Source: Thermodesulfobacteriota bacterium
GTDB taxonomy: Bacteria > Desulfobacterota > Desulfobacteria > Desulfobacterales > UBA11574
Length of the DNA stretch: 44,115 nucleotides
Assembly (NCBI GenBank): GCA_034658755.1
Contig: JAYEFV010000147.1
Span: forward strand, 1 to 44,115
Direction: 5' to 3'
Shown: positions 16,952-26,641 of the stretch, piece by piece
Position numbering within the stretch: the first letter of the stretch is position 1
Layout: each line of letters begins with the position of its first letter
Translations under genes and position numbers: made by a program
Notes under the pieces: generated by a model
Told to the model about the DNA's origin: nothing
Seen by the model: the letters and a program-made list of their open reading frames with translations, nothing else
Database searches by the model: none

Positions 16952-19660
16952 ATGGCAAAGAAAAAGAAAAGCACACGAGTCCAGGACTATCGCCATGACA
17001 AAAAACGGAAAAACAATCCCCCCATCGGGATGGTGAGTTATGAGCCAAAAATCTCTGAGCCTAAAATAAAACGCTATGGCTATGATCCGCATCTTTCGCC
17101 TCAACTGATCTGGGCTGGCAAGCCCGGGCTCAAAACGATTGAGGTTGAAGACCGGTCAGGTATAGAAGTGGACTCTGTTTCTCTCCATGTACACGAACGG
17201 GTCAGTGCGCAGGCCATTATTAAGTCTGTTCAGCGAGAAGATAAACAGATGAAACTCTTTGCAGATCCTCAATTGCCTCTCCATAAGGCGGTTCAGTTTT
17301 ATTTGCACGACGTTGACTGGGCAAATCGTTTGATTCTTGGGGACTCTCTTTTGGTGGCAAATTCCCTGATCGAACGTGAGATGATGGCCGGCAAGGTACA
17401 GATGATCTACATGGACCCGCCTTACGGGGTGAAATATGCCAGCAATTTTCAGGCCAGGATTGACCGGCGGGATGTAAAAGACAGCGACGAACATCTCACC
17501 CGGGAGCCCGAAATGATCAAGGCCTACCGGGACACCTGGAAACTGGGGATTCATTCCTACCTCACTTATATGCGTGATCGTTTGAGGGTATGCAGGGATC
17601 TGCTTGTAGAATCCGGATCAATATTTGTGCAGATTAATGATGAGAATCTGCACTTGGTCAGGACTATTATGGATGAGGTATTCGGGGGTTCCAATTTTAT
17701 ATCTCTCATAACATTTACTAAAACTACTGGCTTTGCTTCTGAACTTTTAGATTCGATTGCAGATTATATCCTATGGTACAGCAAAGATAAAAAACAGGTG
17801 AAGTTTCGACAGCTTTTCCAACCGAAAACAATGGGCCTGGAGGGAGCAAAGCACTATGATTTTATTGAATTACCGGATGGAACTCGCAGAAGACTTATTT
17901 TAGAGGAAAAAATTGATCTCACCTTGCTACCATCTGAAGTCAAATTCTTTTCCTCTGACCAATTAACATCGCAGGGTGAAACGCCAAGTGGTTCAGTTCC
18001 GGTTAAGTATGAAGACCGTATTTTTAATTGCCCTACTGGGCTTCATTGGAAAACAACACCAGAGGGAATTAGGAGACTTGGTGAGCAAAGAAGGTTATTG
18101 GTGCAAGGCAACATGCCTCGATACGCGAGATTCCTCGATGATTTTCCTGTTATCCCTATTAATAATGTTTGGGGAATGTTTCAACTCGCAGAAAAAACTT
18201 ACGTAGTTCAAACAGCACCTGGTGCAGTTCAACGCTGCATTCTCATGACTACCGATCCGGGCGATCTGGTTTTTGATCCAACTTGCGGGTCTGGTACGAC
18301 AGGCTTTGTGGCCGAGCAATGGGGCCGGCGCTGGATTACATGTGATACCAGTCGGGTTGCACTGGCTCTGGCGCGACAAAGGCTTCTCACCGCCACTTTT
18401 CCCTATTATAAGATTGATGATGAAGTCAACGGACAAAATCCCGGTTACGGTTTTAACTATAAAACAGTTCCGCATATTACATTAAAATCCATTGCACAAA
18501 ATACACGCATTGATCCTCTGGCTGAAAAATACAATCCTCTTATTACTGATGCTCTAAAGCAATTTAATCAATCTGCAAACACCTCTTTTAAGGAGTGGGA
18601 GGTACCATTCGAACCTGATAAAAAGTGGTCAAAGAAAGCCAGGGAACATTTCAAAGAATTCCGCATGTTAAAGCAAAAAAAGCAGGCGGCAATTGATAAA
18701 ATAATTGCAGAGGATGCGCCACAGGAAATTCTTTATGATCAGCCTGAAATTGACCGAAAAATTGTCAGGGTTTCAGGTCCTTTCACTGTTGAAGCCATTC
18801 CTCCGCCCATATATGAAGTTGAATCGCCGATTGGTGGCGAACCTGAATCTATTGAAAGAGATGATGCCATCGAAGCCCGTCCTGGTGTTGAAAACCATAT
18901 CCCCACCCTTATCAATCTATTGCAAAAGGATGGGGTCACTTTCCCTGACAATAAAAAACTGACATTTGATGTCCTGACAACTCGAACAGGTGGGGTACTG
19001 CATGCAGAAGGGGAGGCAGAAGGCAAAAAAATTGCTATTTCATTCGGGCCGCTTCACGGTCCTGTCTCTTTAATGCAGGTGGAAGATGGATTGAGAGAAG
19101 CCTACATGGGAGGCTATGACGAAATCATCTTTTGCGGTTTTGCCTTTGATCCTGAAGCGCAGGCAGCAATAAATGCCAACGTTCATCCTAAAGTCAAAGC
19201 CCATGCCTCTCATATCCGGCCGGACGTTATCTTAAAGGATGCCGAAGGCGGTGATTTGTTAAAAACCACGGCTTCAAGTCAGCTATTTACCGTATTTGGC
19301 GAGCCGGATATAGACCTTGTTAAAAATAAGGGCGAGTTTACAATAAAGCTCCTTGGCGTGGATGTATATGATCCCATCTCCGGTGTTGTACACTCTGAAA
19401 ATGTGGGACGGGTGGCAGCATGGTTCGTGGACACCGACTATAACAAACGAACTTTTTGTATTGTCCAGGCGTTCTTTCCAAATAAAAGCGCCTGGAAAAA
19501 GTTAGAGCGGGCTTTGAAAGGTAAGCTTGATGAGGATCGTTTTGAAATGCTTACAGGTCATGTCTCTTTGCCGTTTCGTCCCGGAAATCATAAAAGGGCT
19601 GCTGTAAAAGTTCTTGATCAGCGCGGTAATGAAGTCATGAAGGTGGTGGATCTTGAATAA
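16952..19660 (+). CDS. mod: Type III-like restriction-modification methyltransferase (beta-class Mod)
   Basis: Motif IV MIYMDPPYG (17414-17425) lies upstream of motif I FDPTCGSGTTGFVAEQWGRRWITCD (18275-18301). The product is 902 aa. Confidence 0.9.
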   Translation: MAKKKKSTRVQDYRHDKKRKNNPPIGMVSYEPKISEPKIKRYGYDPHLSPQLIWAGKPGLKTIEVEDRSGIEVDSVSLHVHERVSAQAIIKSVQREDKQMKLFADPQLPLHKAVQFYLHDVDWANRLILGDSLLVANSLIEREMMAGKVQMIYMDPPYGVKYASNFQARIDRRDVKDSDEHLTREPEMIKAYRDTWKLGIHSYLTYMRDRLRVCRDLLVESGSIFVQINDENLHLVRTIMDEVFGGSNFISLITFTKTTGFASELLDSIADYILWYSKDKKQVKFRQLFQPKTMGLEGAKHYDFIELPDGTRRRLILEEKIDLTLLPSEVKFFSSDQLTSQGETPSGSVPVKYEDRIFNCPTGLHWKTTPEGIRRLGEQRRLLVQGNMPRYARFLDDFPVIPINNVWGMFQLAEKTYVVQTAPGAVQRCILMTTDPGDLVFDPTCGSGTTGFVAEQWGRRWITCDTSRVALALARQRLLTATFPYYKIDDEVNGQNPGYGFNYKTVPHITLKSIAQNTRIDPLAEKYNPLITDALKQFNQSANTSFKEWEVPFEPDKKWSKKAREHFKEFRMLKQKKQAAIDKIIAEDAPQEILYDQPEIDRKIVRVSGPFTVEAIPPPIYEVESPIGGEPESIERDDAIEARPGVENHIPTLINLLQKDGVTFPDNKKLTFDVLTTRTGGVLHAEGEAEGKKIAISFGPLHGPVSLMQVEDGLREAYMGGYDEIIFCGFAFDPEAQAAINANVHPKVKAHASHIRPDVILKDAEGGDLLKTTASSQLFTVFGEPDIDLVKNKGEFTIKLLGVDVYDPISGVVHSENVGRVAAWFVDTDYNKRTFCIVQAFFPNKSAWKKLERALKGKLDEDRFEMLTGHVSLPFRPGNHKRAAVKVLDQRGNEVMKVVDLE

Positions 19661-22580
19661 TCAGAATGATTTTAAAGGCTCCAGACACCTTGCCGTAGAT
19701 GAGCCCATCATCAACTCTCCATTTGAAGAGCCGAAACAATATTGGGTTTATGACGCTTTTACCGGCCAGCCTGCAAAAGTCCCGGGCCGCAGGCCTGCCC
19801 ATTACTATTTCCGCAGTCGAAGGCGGGCCGATGCCGCCCAAATCAGTCTTTTTGCTGATGAAGAAATGGTTGAACTCGAATCGGTCAACAAAATTCGTAA
19901 CCGGGTTAAAAAATGGCGGGAAGGCGGATATAAAAATGTTGGCCACATTACCAGACAGCTTCTCAGACACTGGACCTATCCTGATCGTGAAAAAAAACTT
20001 TTTTTCTGTCAGCTTGAAGCAGCAGAGACCATCATCTGGCTGAACGAAATCCACAAGTCCGGCAGACACGGCCTAAAGATTCCTTATGATGAGCCTCTGG
20101 AAGAAGGCTTTCAGGACTTAAGGCGCCAGTGTCTTAAAATGGCTACGGGAAGCGGTAAGACCGTGGTTATGGCAATGATTATTGCATGGAGCGTCCTGAA
20201 CAAAGTCCACAACAGGCAGGCCAGATGGTGCTCTGATACGGTATTGTTGGTTTGTCCGAACCTTACCATCAAAGAGCGTTTGGGAGGTACACCAAAGGGA
20301 CAAAACGGCAGCACTGAACCTGAGAGGGCGCTTGTTGCCGGTGCCAAGGGCAATTATTATGATAAATTTGACCTTGTTCCCAGTTCCTTGAAAGAATATC
20401 TGGGACAGGCAAAACTCCTGATCACCAACTGGCATCAGTTTGCAGAGATAGATGATCGCAGGAAACGGAGCATTATCCAGCGTGGTGTGGAGAGCCCCTC
20501 GGCTTTTTGCAACCGTGTTTTGCGGGAACTGGGTAGCGCCAGGAATATTCTGGTCTTAAATGACGAAGCCCACCATGCCTACCGCCCGGCGCCTGTTGAT
20601 GAAAATAATAGAAAAAAAACAAAACTTACGGCCGAAGAAAAAAAGACCAGGGAAAAAGCCACAGTTTGGATTAGTGCTCTGGATAAAATCAACAAAGCAA
20701 GAGAGATCAATCTTGTCGTAGATCTTTCGGCTACACCTTTCTATATCCAGGGGAGCGGTTACCCTGAAGGCAGTCCATTTCCCTGGATTGTATCTGACTT
20801 TGGCCTTGTTGATTCCATCGAATGCGGCATTGTAAAGATACCGCAGGTTCCGGTTGATAGTAATTCAGGCCGGCCTATTCCAGAGTATTTTGCTCTATGG
20901 AAATGGATAAATGACAGGTTGCCTGCCAGAGAGAGGGCTACGGGCAGGCGTAAACCCAAGCCAGAGGCAATACTCCGTGAAGCTGATGGAGCTTTAAAGC
21001 AATTGGCCGGGCAATGGAAAGCAAAGTATGAAGAATTCAAGAGTATAAACCATCCTGTACCGCCCACGATGATTATTGTTTGCGACAATACGAATATTGC
21101 AGAGCTGCTACATGAATATGTCAGTGGTGAACGCTGGGAGAAGTATCAGGATGAAAAAGGAAAGAAAAGAAAGAGGAAAGTTTACGGAACAGGCGGAGTG
21201 CTTCCCGAGTTACTTTCAAACAATGAGAGGCTTGAAAATACAATCCGTATCGATAGCAAACTTCTAAATGAAGCAGAAGAACGGGATGACGGGCAGACCA
21301 AAGAGGATGCCGCTGAATCCTTGCGCAAAAAAATAAGCACTGTGGGAAAGGTTGGTGAGCCAGGTCAGGATATTCGTTGCATAGTTTCCGTCTCCATGCT
21401 TACCGAAGGCTGGGATGCACAGAATGTGACACAAATTTTAGGCCTTCGGGCCTTCCTTTCTCAACTATTGTGTGAACAGGTTATAGGTAGAGGCCTGAGA
21501 CGAACACAGTACGATGATTTTGCTGTTCCTGAATATGTTGATGTTTATGGAATTCCCTTTGAAGTTATCCCGGTAAAGAAAAAACCGGTTGGTCCAGCCC
21601 CTCCACCAACAAAAACGACCCTTATCCAGTCTCTTTCAGAAAGGGAGCATTTGAAGATTGAGTTTCCGAGGGTTGAAGGATTCGTTTATCAAATAAAAAG
21701 CAAAATCAGGGCTGATGTAGGAAATATTGAACCATTGAGTATTGATCCAAATATCGAGCCCACCGAAACGGTTGTGCGGGCGAGGGTCGGTTATCAAGTA
21801 GGCTCACCAGGATTAGTCGGTCCCGGTGAAAAAGTTACTCAAACTCGTGAGGCGTTTTATGAGAGTATTCGTCCCCAGCAAATTCATTATGAAATTTCAA
21901 GAAGAATAACTGCATCGCTATTGAATCAAGATGATTTTAAAATGCAGGCCAGACAAATGCTTTTTCCGCAGGTGTTACAAATTGTCAGACAGTATGCAAA
22001 GCCTTTATCTGAAGGGGGGCGTATTGAATATAATGCTATTGATTCTCGTGAGATAGGCCTTGAACGTTATGTGCAGATTATCGTTGAACGACTGTGTACA
22101 GCCATTCGACCGGATGAAGGAAGTGGTGAATCGCCACTGCTACCTCGTTTAGAACGATTCCGGCCCCGAGGGTCCACTCAGGAAGTTCTTTTCAGGACTT
22201 CGCGCCAGGCAAAACAAACAATCAAGAGCCATGTTTCCCATGTGGTTCTTGACACCAAAACATGGGAACGTTCAGTTGCTTTCCATTTGGAACAGAGTGA
22301 ACTGGTGGAATCATATGTTCGCAATGATCATCTGGATTTTACAATTGATTACGAATTCAATGGTTCTCAGCATTCTTATATGCCCGATTTTTTGGTCAGG
22401 CTGAAAAATGGAACAAACCTTATACTCGAAGTAAAAGGATTTGAAGACGAGCAGGCACGTGCGAAGCATGAAGCTGCAAAAAGGTGGTGTGACGCGGTCT
22501 CCGACTGGGGAGAGATGGAAAAATGGAAATTTGATGTATGCAGAGATCCTAAAAAGCTTAAAGGTCTACTGGGAAAATAG
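19653..22580 (+). CDS. res: Type III-like restriction enzyme Res subunit (SF2 helicase plus C-terminal PD-(D/E)xK nuclease)
   Basis: It has Walker A MATGSGKT (20139-20162), a DEAH box LNDEAHHAY (20562-20576) and helicase motif SMLTEGWDA. The C-terminal YMPDFLV...LILEVKG lies at 22383-22436. A TTG start is preceded by AAGGTGG. Confidence 0.9.
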   Translation: MNNQNDFKGSRHLAVDEPIINSPFEEPKQYWVYDAFTGQPAKVPGRRPAHYYFRSRRRADAAQISLFADEEMVELESVNKIRNRVKKWREGGYKNVGHITRQLLRHWTYPDREKKLFFCQLEAAETIIWLNEIHKSGRHGLKIPYDEPLEEGFQDLRRQCLKMATGSGKTVVMAMIIAWSVLNKVHNRQARWCSDTVLLVCPNLTIKERLGGTPKGQNGSTEPERALVAGAKGNYYDKFDLVPSSLKEYLGQAKLLITNWHQFAEIDDRRKRSIIQRGVESPSAFCNRVLRELGSARNILVLNDEAHHAYRPAPVDENNRKKTKLTAEEKKTREKATVWISALDKINKAREINLVVDLSATPFYIQGSGYPEGSPFPWIVSDFGLVDSIECGIVKIPQVPVDSNSGRPIPEYFALWKWINDRLPARERATGRRKPKPEAILREADGALKQLAGQWKAKYEEFKSINHPVPPTMIIVCDNTNIAELLHEYVSGERWEKYQDEKGKKRKRKVYGTGGVLPELLSNNERLENTIRIDSKLLNEAEERDDGQTKEDAAESLRKKISTVGKVGEPGQDIRCIVSVSMLTEGWDAQNVTQILGLRAFLSQLLCEQVIGRGLRRTQYDDFAVPEYVDVYGIPFEVIPVKKKPVGPAPPPTKTTLIQSLSEREHLKIEFPRVEGFVYQIKSKIRADVGNIEPLSIDPNIEPTETVVRARVGYQVGSPGLVGPGEKVTQTREAFYESIRPQQIHYEISRRITASLLNQDDFKMQARQMLFPQVLQIVRQYAKPLSEGGRIEYNAIDSREIGLERYVQIIVERLCTAIRPDEGSGESPLLPRLERFRPRGSTQEVLFRTSRQAKQTIKSHVSHVVLDTKTWERSVAFHLEQSELVESYVRNDHLDFTIDYEFNGSQHSYMPDFLVRLKNGTNLILEVKGFEDEQARAKHEAAKRWCDAVSDWGEMEKWKFDVCRDPKKLKGLLGK

Positions 22581-22796
22581 GGGATATCCGTGAAATATTA
22601 ATATGTTGGAATGAAATGGGACGTAGGTTCTGAAGCATTTACTCAGATTGGCAGGTAAATTAATTTTAAATAAGGAGAATATAAGATAAACACTTTCCAA
22701 ATTGCGTTACGGCACAGGGACTTGCGGGACCTTATGATCATTTAATATATAACGTCCATAAATAAGTAAATAACTATCTTTTAAGCATGGGAAGGG

Positions 22797-22929
22797 TTGC
22801 GGTACATTAGTTTATAAGTTGACGTGGTAATTGAACTGAAGAAGGTAGTTGACCCCGATTAAATAAAAACAAAGTCAATTTAACTGGGCAGGCTATGTTG
22901 AATAATTGTAAGGATAAAGGGCGTAAAGG
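22797..22929. repeat. 133-bp direct repeat, copy 1 (partner 24523-24655)
   Basis: It differs from copy 2 at 3 positions. It contains the hairpin core CCCCG(A/G)TTAAAT...ATTTAACTGGGCAGG, and a partial inverted copy lies at ~38297-38345. Confidence 0.9.
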
Positions 22930-23094
22930 TCGGCACTTTTCACAACAAAAGGGAAAAAATTAGGAAGAATTCCCGTGTTGGCATATTTATCAAGCAGTAT
23001 ATGGGCATCGCCGGCACAGACACTGGTCAAGACAGTTAGTGGATATTCCTCTTGGGTATAGTTGTGAATATTTGCAAATGTTGAAGGAACAGTG

Positions 23095-24495
23095 ATGAAG
23101 AAAAAGGAATTAAAGGAACTTATTGAACAAGGCGAGGGTTATTTTGTCGAATTTAAAGAACAGATCGGGGTGGGTCTCGATAAAGAGATGGTTGCTTTTG
23201 CAAATGCCTCTGGAGGAAAGATTGTCATAGGGGTGACGGATAGAGGTAAAATTATCGGATGCACAACCGACAATACAGTACGATCTAAAATTCAGGATAT
23301 TGCCAATAACTGTGATCCCCGGATTTTGATACATATCGAAACAGTGCGGTACGAAGGCGTAAAACTGCTTGTTGTTTCAGTAGATGAAAGTTTCGATAAG
23401 CCTGTGCGTTGCTCAAAGGGTTTCTTTTTAAGAGAGGGGCCTAATTCTCAGAAATTGACAAGAAATGAAATATTAGCGCTTGCTGCTGGTGCCGGGAAAT
23501 TCAAATTTGATATGCAGCCATGCAGAAGTTTCAATTATCCTGAAGATTTTGAAGACACAAAATGGCGCCATTTTTTAGATACAACAGGAATTGCTCCTCC
23601 TGAAAACAGTGAAGATTTACTGACAAATTTAGGTTTTGCAGAAGATAAAGCAGGATTTCGGATTACAAATGCCGGAGCGCTTTTTTTCGGCAGGGATATT
23701 GAATCTCATATTCGTCACAACTTTATTACCTGTGTGCTTTTTAAAGGTACTACCAAAACAAAGATACTTGATCGGAAGGATTTTAAGGTTGATCTACTTT
23801 CTAACTATGAAAATGCATTTCGCTTTTTACAGCAGCATCTCAAATTTGAGTACTTAATTGAAGATGGAGGGCCTCGAAAAGAAATTCCGGAAATTCCCCT
23901 AGAAGTTTTACGGGAGGGGCTTGTAAATGCAATTGTCCATCGAGATTATTATGAGGAAGGCGCTGGCATCCTTGTTGAAATCTACGACAACCGTGTGGAA
24001 ATAATCAATCCCGGCCGCCTTCTTTTTGACAAAAGTAAGTTTGGAAAGCTGAGTGTAGCGCGAAATCCTATAATATTCGATGCGTTTTATCGACTTGGGA
24101 TCACCGAGAAAATCGGCTCCGGTATTAATAGAATGCGTGAAGCTATGACTGAAAGGGGTATTAAAATTGCGTTTGATACAGAGGACTTTTTTATTGTAAC
24201 CTTAACAAGGCCGGAAACTACACAAAAAGAAGTTATCCCCCAAGTTACCCCCCAAGTTACCCCCCAAGCTTTGAGTGATGTTGAATTGAGGATATTAGGA
24301 TTTTGCCATGAAGAGAGATCAGCTTCAGAGATCATAAATTTCACAGGAATGAATCCGGATTATATCCGGAAAGATATCATTCCCAAATTGATTGAAAAGG
24401 ACTTTTTGGTTTTAACAATACCGAATAAACCGAGAAGCCCTCACCAAAAGTATATCCTCACAGAAGCGGGAATGAAACATGTCAAAACAATGTAG
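23095..24495 (+). CDS. AlbA_2 (Schlafen-like) DNA-binding domain / HATPase_c_4 ATP-binding protein with C-terminal wHTH
   Basis: The N-terminal region GEGYFVEFKEQ...MVAFANASGGKIVIGV is AlbA_2. The central region LREGLVNAIVHRDYYEEGAGILVEIYDNRVEIINPG is HATPase-like. Confidence 0.8.
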   Translation: MKKKELKELIEQGEGYFVEFKEQIGVGLDKEMVAFANASGGKIVIGVTDRGKIIGCTTDNTVRSKIQDIANNCDPRILIHIETVRYEGVKLLVVSVDESFDKPVRCSKGFFLREGPNSQKLTRNEILALAAGAGKFKFDMQPCRSFNYPEDFEDTKWRHFLDTTGIAPPENSEDLLTNLGFAEDKAGFRITNAGALFFGRDIESHIRHNFITCVLFKGTTKTKILDRKDFKVDLLSNYENAFRFLQQHLKFEYLIEDGGPRKEIPEIPLEVLREGLVNAIVHRDYYEEGAGILVEIYDNRVEIINPGRLLFDKSKFGKLSVARNPIIFDAFYRLGITEKIGSGINRMREAMTERGIKIAFDTEDFFIVTLTRPETTQKEVIPQVTPQVTPQALSDVELRILGFCHEERSASEIINFTGMNPDYIRKDIIPKLIEKDFLVLTIPNKPRSPHQKYILTEAGMKHVKTM

Positions 24496-24522
24496 AATCA
24501 GAGCAAGAAAACTTGGGCGGAC

Positions 24523-24655
24523 TTGCGGTACATTAGTTTATAAGTTGACGTGGTAATTGAACTGAAGAACGTAGTTGACCCCGGTTAAATAAAAACAAAG
24601 TCAATTTAACTGGGCAGGCTATGTTGAATAATTGTAAGGATAAAGGACGTAAAGG
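24523..24655. repeat. 133-bp direct repeat, copy 2
   Basis: See 22797-22929. It starts 28 nt after the AlbA_2 gene stop. Confidence 0.9.
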
Positions 24656-24721
24656 AATTAAAGAATAAATAATCATTTTGTTTATGGAGAGACAGTAAGT
24701 GGTGAGCACTTCTGTGTGTTT

Positions 24722-24768
24722 GGTGTCGCATCTTGAATTGTGAATATTATTCAAGACGACACCATTTT
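24722..24768 (+). terminator. Hairpin plus T-run element, homologue of 13132-13195
   Basis: GGTGTCG(CA)TCTTGAAT-tgtgaatatt-ATTCAAGACGACACC is followed by ATTTTCT. It shares flanking TGTTTGGTGT with the first copy. Confidence 0.55.
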
Positions 24769-24868
24769 CTGAGGTCACAAGCTGCTCTCCGAACAACTGG
24801 AGAATATCTACACCCTCATTGGGCAAATACCGGCGCAATAACATAAGCTGGAAGGGAAACGAATCAAA

Positions 24869-25648
24869 ATGCCCATGTCACAAAACGAATTAGAGGATCT
24901 GAAATATGCGAAAGAACTTTTAGAAAACCCGGGGCTGGCTGCAAGAATCACTGATGCGTTGGGAACAGCTATTGATAAAGGGTTTGAGCTTCTGCCCGCC
25001 AAATGGTCAGAGATGGTTCAGCAGACCACAAAAGAATCATTGCGCAAGGCACTGGAATTTGCGGTCATAACCATGGATGATCGGCCAAGGGTATCTTCTT
25101 GGAGTTTTTTGCACAAAATGCTGGCTGCAACTTCCGGTGCAATAGGTGGCGCCTTTGGTCTTCCAGCTCTTACGGTGGAGTTGCCCGTCTCAACAATCAT
25201 CATACTCCGTTCCATTGCCGATATCGCGCGGAGCGAAGGTGAAAAGATCAAAACGCTCGAATCAAAATTGGCTTGCCTGGAAGTTTTTGCCCTTGGAGGG
25301 AAATTGCCCGGAGACGATGCAACAGAAACCGGATATTTTGTGGTGCGGGCTGCTTTTGCCCGCGAGGTTTCCGAGGTCGCCAAATACATAGCGAAAAAAG
25401 GGTTGGCCGAGGATGGTGCTCCGGCGATTGCAAGGTTCATTACCAAAATTGCATCCCGTTTTGGAGTAAACGTTTCAGAGAAAATTGCAGCACAGGCTGT
25501 GCCTATAATTGGAGCAGCTGGAGGTGCATTGATAAACACGATTTTTATCGATCATTTCCAGGACATGGCACGTGGTCATTTTATCGTACGCAGGATTGAG
25601 AGGGTCTACGGGACTGACGAGGTTAAACGTCAATACGAACAACTATGA
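24869..25648 (+). CDS. EcsC-family protein
   Basis: 259-aa ORF. The N-terminal LENPGLAARITDALGTAIDKGFELLP and the glycine/alanine-rich helices are typical of EcsC. Confidence 0.7.
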   Translation: MPMSQNELEDLKYAKELLENPGLAARITDALGTAIDKGFELLPAKWSEMVQQTTKESLRKALEFAVITMDDRPRVSSWSFLHKMLAATSGAIGGAFGLPALTVELPVSTIIILRSIADIARSEGEKIKTLESKLACLEVFALGGKLPGDDATETGYFVVRAAFAREVSEVAKYIAKKGLAEDGAPAIARFITKIASRFGVNVSEKIAAQAVPIIGAAGGALINTIFIDHFQDMARGHFIVRRIERVYGTDEVKRQYEQL

Positions 25649-25690
25649 TTAGTAAGAGGGGCATCCTGGAAACCATATGTGGTATTTAAT

Positions 25691-26107
25691 ATGAAAAAGC
25701 GACGTAAAAACGTTAGGTTAAAAAAATCACTCCCTAAACAGGATCACTATTTAATACGCATAAAACAGGGTGAACGATTGTATAAATTCTATTATTTTCG
25801 TCCCATGGCCGGGCTTCATTATCATTTTGAATATCGAATTTTGACAAAGGAAAAGATCAATGGAATGTTAGAAATGGTAAGCTATAATTTCAAAATCGAA
25901 AATGGTGTCCCACAAAAAAGCTCTATTATGAAAGTTCCCAAAATTTCAAAAGAACAATTGGAAGAAATTGTTCAAAATGTTATGAGAAAAACCAATACCG
26001 GCCCCAATGAGTTTGAGGAATTGGATCTTTCCGGGTTTTCAACAATAGATGAACAAATTGAATTTCTAAAACGTCGGGATAGGGTAGATACAATGTATAT
26101 TATGTAG
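25691..26107 (+). CDS. Hypothetical protein
   Basis: 138-aa ORF from ATG 25691; the ORF track uses GTG 25679. I recognise no motif. Confidence 0.45.
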   Translation: MKKRRKNVRLKKSLPKQDHYLIRIKQGERLYKFYYFRPMAGLHYHFEYRILTKEKINGMLEMVSYNFKIENGVPQKSSIMKVPKISKEQLEEIVQNVMRKTNTGPNEFEELDLSGFSTIDEQIEFLKRRDRVDTMYIM

Positions 26108-26154
26108 ATAACAAAGAAAATTCATTATTAAATCGACAGGAAATGGAGTGAGTT

Positions 26155-26637
26155 ATGGAAGAATTCACCCACATCGACAAAGAGGGACGTGTTCGGATGG
26201 TGGATGTCTCAGGTAAAAAACCGACTCTGCGTGTTGCCATCGCCCAGGGGGTTGTTTCCATGAGTCAGGAACCATTTGAGAAAATACTCAATCAGACTGC
26301 AAAAAAAGGGAATGTTCTCGAGACGGCAAGAATCGCCGGTATCATGGCCGCAAAAAAGACTTCAGATCTTATTCCCATGTGCCACCCGCTAAATATAAAC
26401 CATATTGCCATCGATTTTTTCCCGAATAAAGTGAAAAATTCAATCAGAATCCAAGCCGCTGTTCGCGCTATCGATCAGACCGGTGTCGAAATGGAAGCTT
26501 TGACAGCAGTTTCTGTAGCCGGGCTGACCCTATATGATATGTGCAAGTCTTATGATCGTACCATGACTATTTCTGATATATGCCTTCTTGAAAAATCAGG
26601 AGGAAAAAGCGGTTTATTTATGAGAAATGGGGGTTAG
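26155..26637 (+). CDS. moaC: Cyclic pyranopterin monophosphate synthase MoaC
   Basis: THIDKEGRVRMVDVSGKKPTLRVA...IPMCHPL...GVEMEALTAVSVAGLTLYDMCK is a canonical MoaC sequence. Confidence 0.9.
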   Translation: MEEFTHIDKEGRVRMVDVSGKKPTLRVAIAQGVVSMSQEPFEKILNQTAKKGNVLETARIAGIMAAKKTSDLIPMCHPLNINHIAIDFFPNKVKNSIRIQAAVRAIDQTGVEMEALTAVSVAGLTLYDMCKSYDRTMTISDICLLEKSGGKSGLFMRNGG

Positions 26638-26641
26638 GCGC

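Noticed and set aside
17156-18475. Minus-strand ORFs 17156-17554 and 18095-18475 inside mod
   Set aside because: They are antisense shadows of the Mod gene, which has unambiguous DPPY and motif I signatures.
13255-22580. Classification as BREX or DISARM
   Set aside because: There is no PglZ, BrxC/PglY ATPase, BrxL/Lon, DrmA/DrmB (DUF1998) or PLD DrmC. Only the large PglX-like MTase architecture is shared.
24229-24265. Tandem 12-nt repeat (AAGTTACCCCCC, two copies plus a degenerate third)
   Set aside because: It is in frame within the AlbA_2/ATPase gene and encodes IPQVTPQVTPQ. It has no spacers, so it is a coding microsatellite linker and not a CRISPR array.
25018-25539. 173-aa minus-strand ORF plus overlapping small ORFs
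   Set aside because: They are antisense to the EcsC-family gene. The Ala/Pro-rich sequence is typical of reverse-frame translation of a GC-richer gene.
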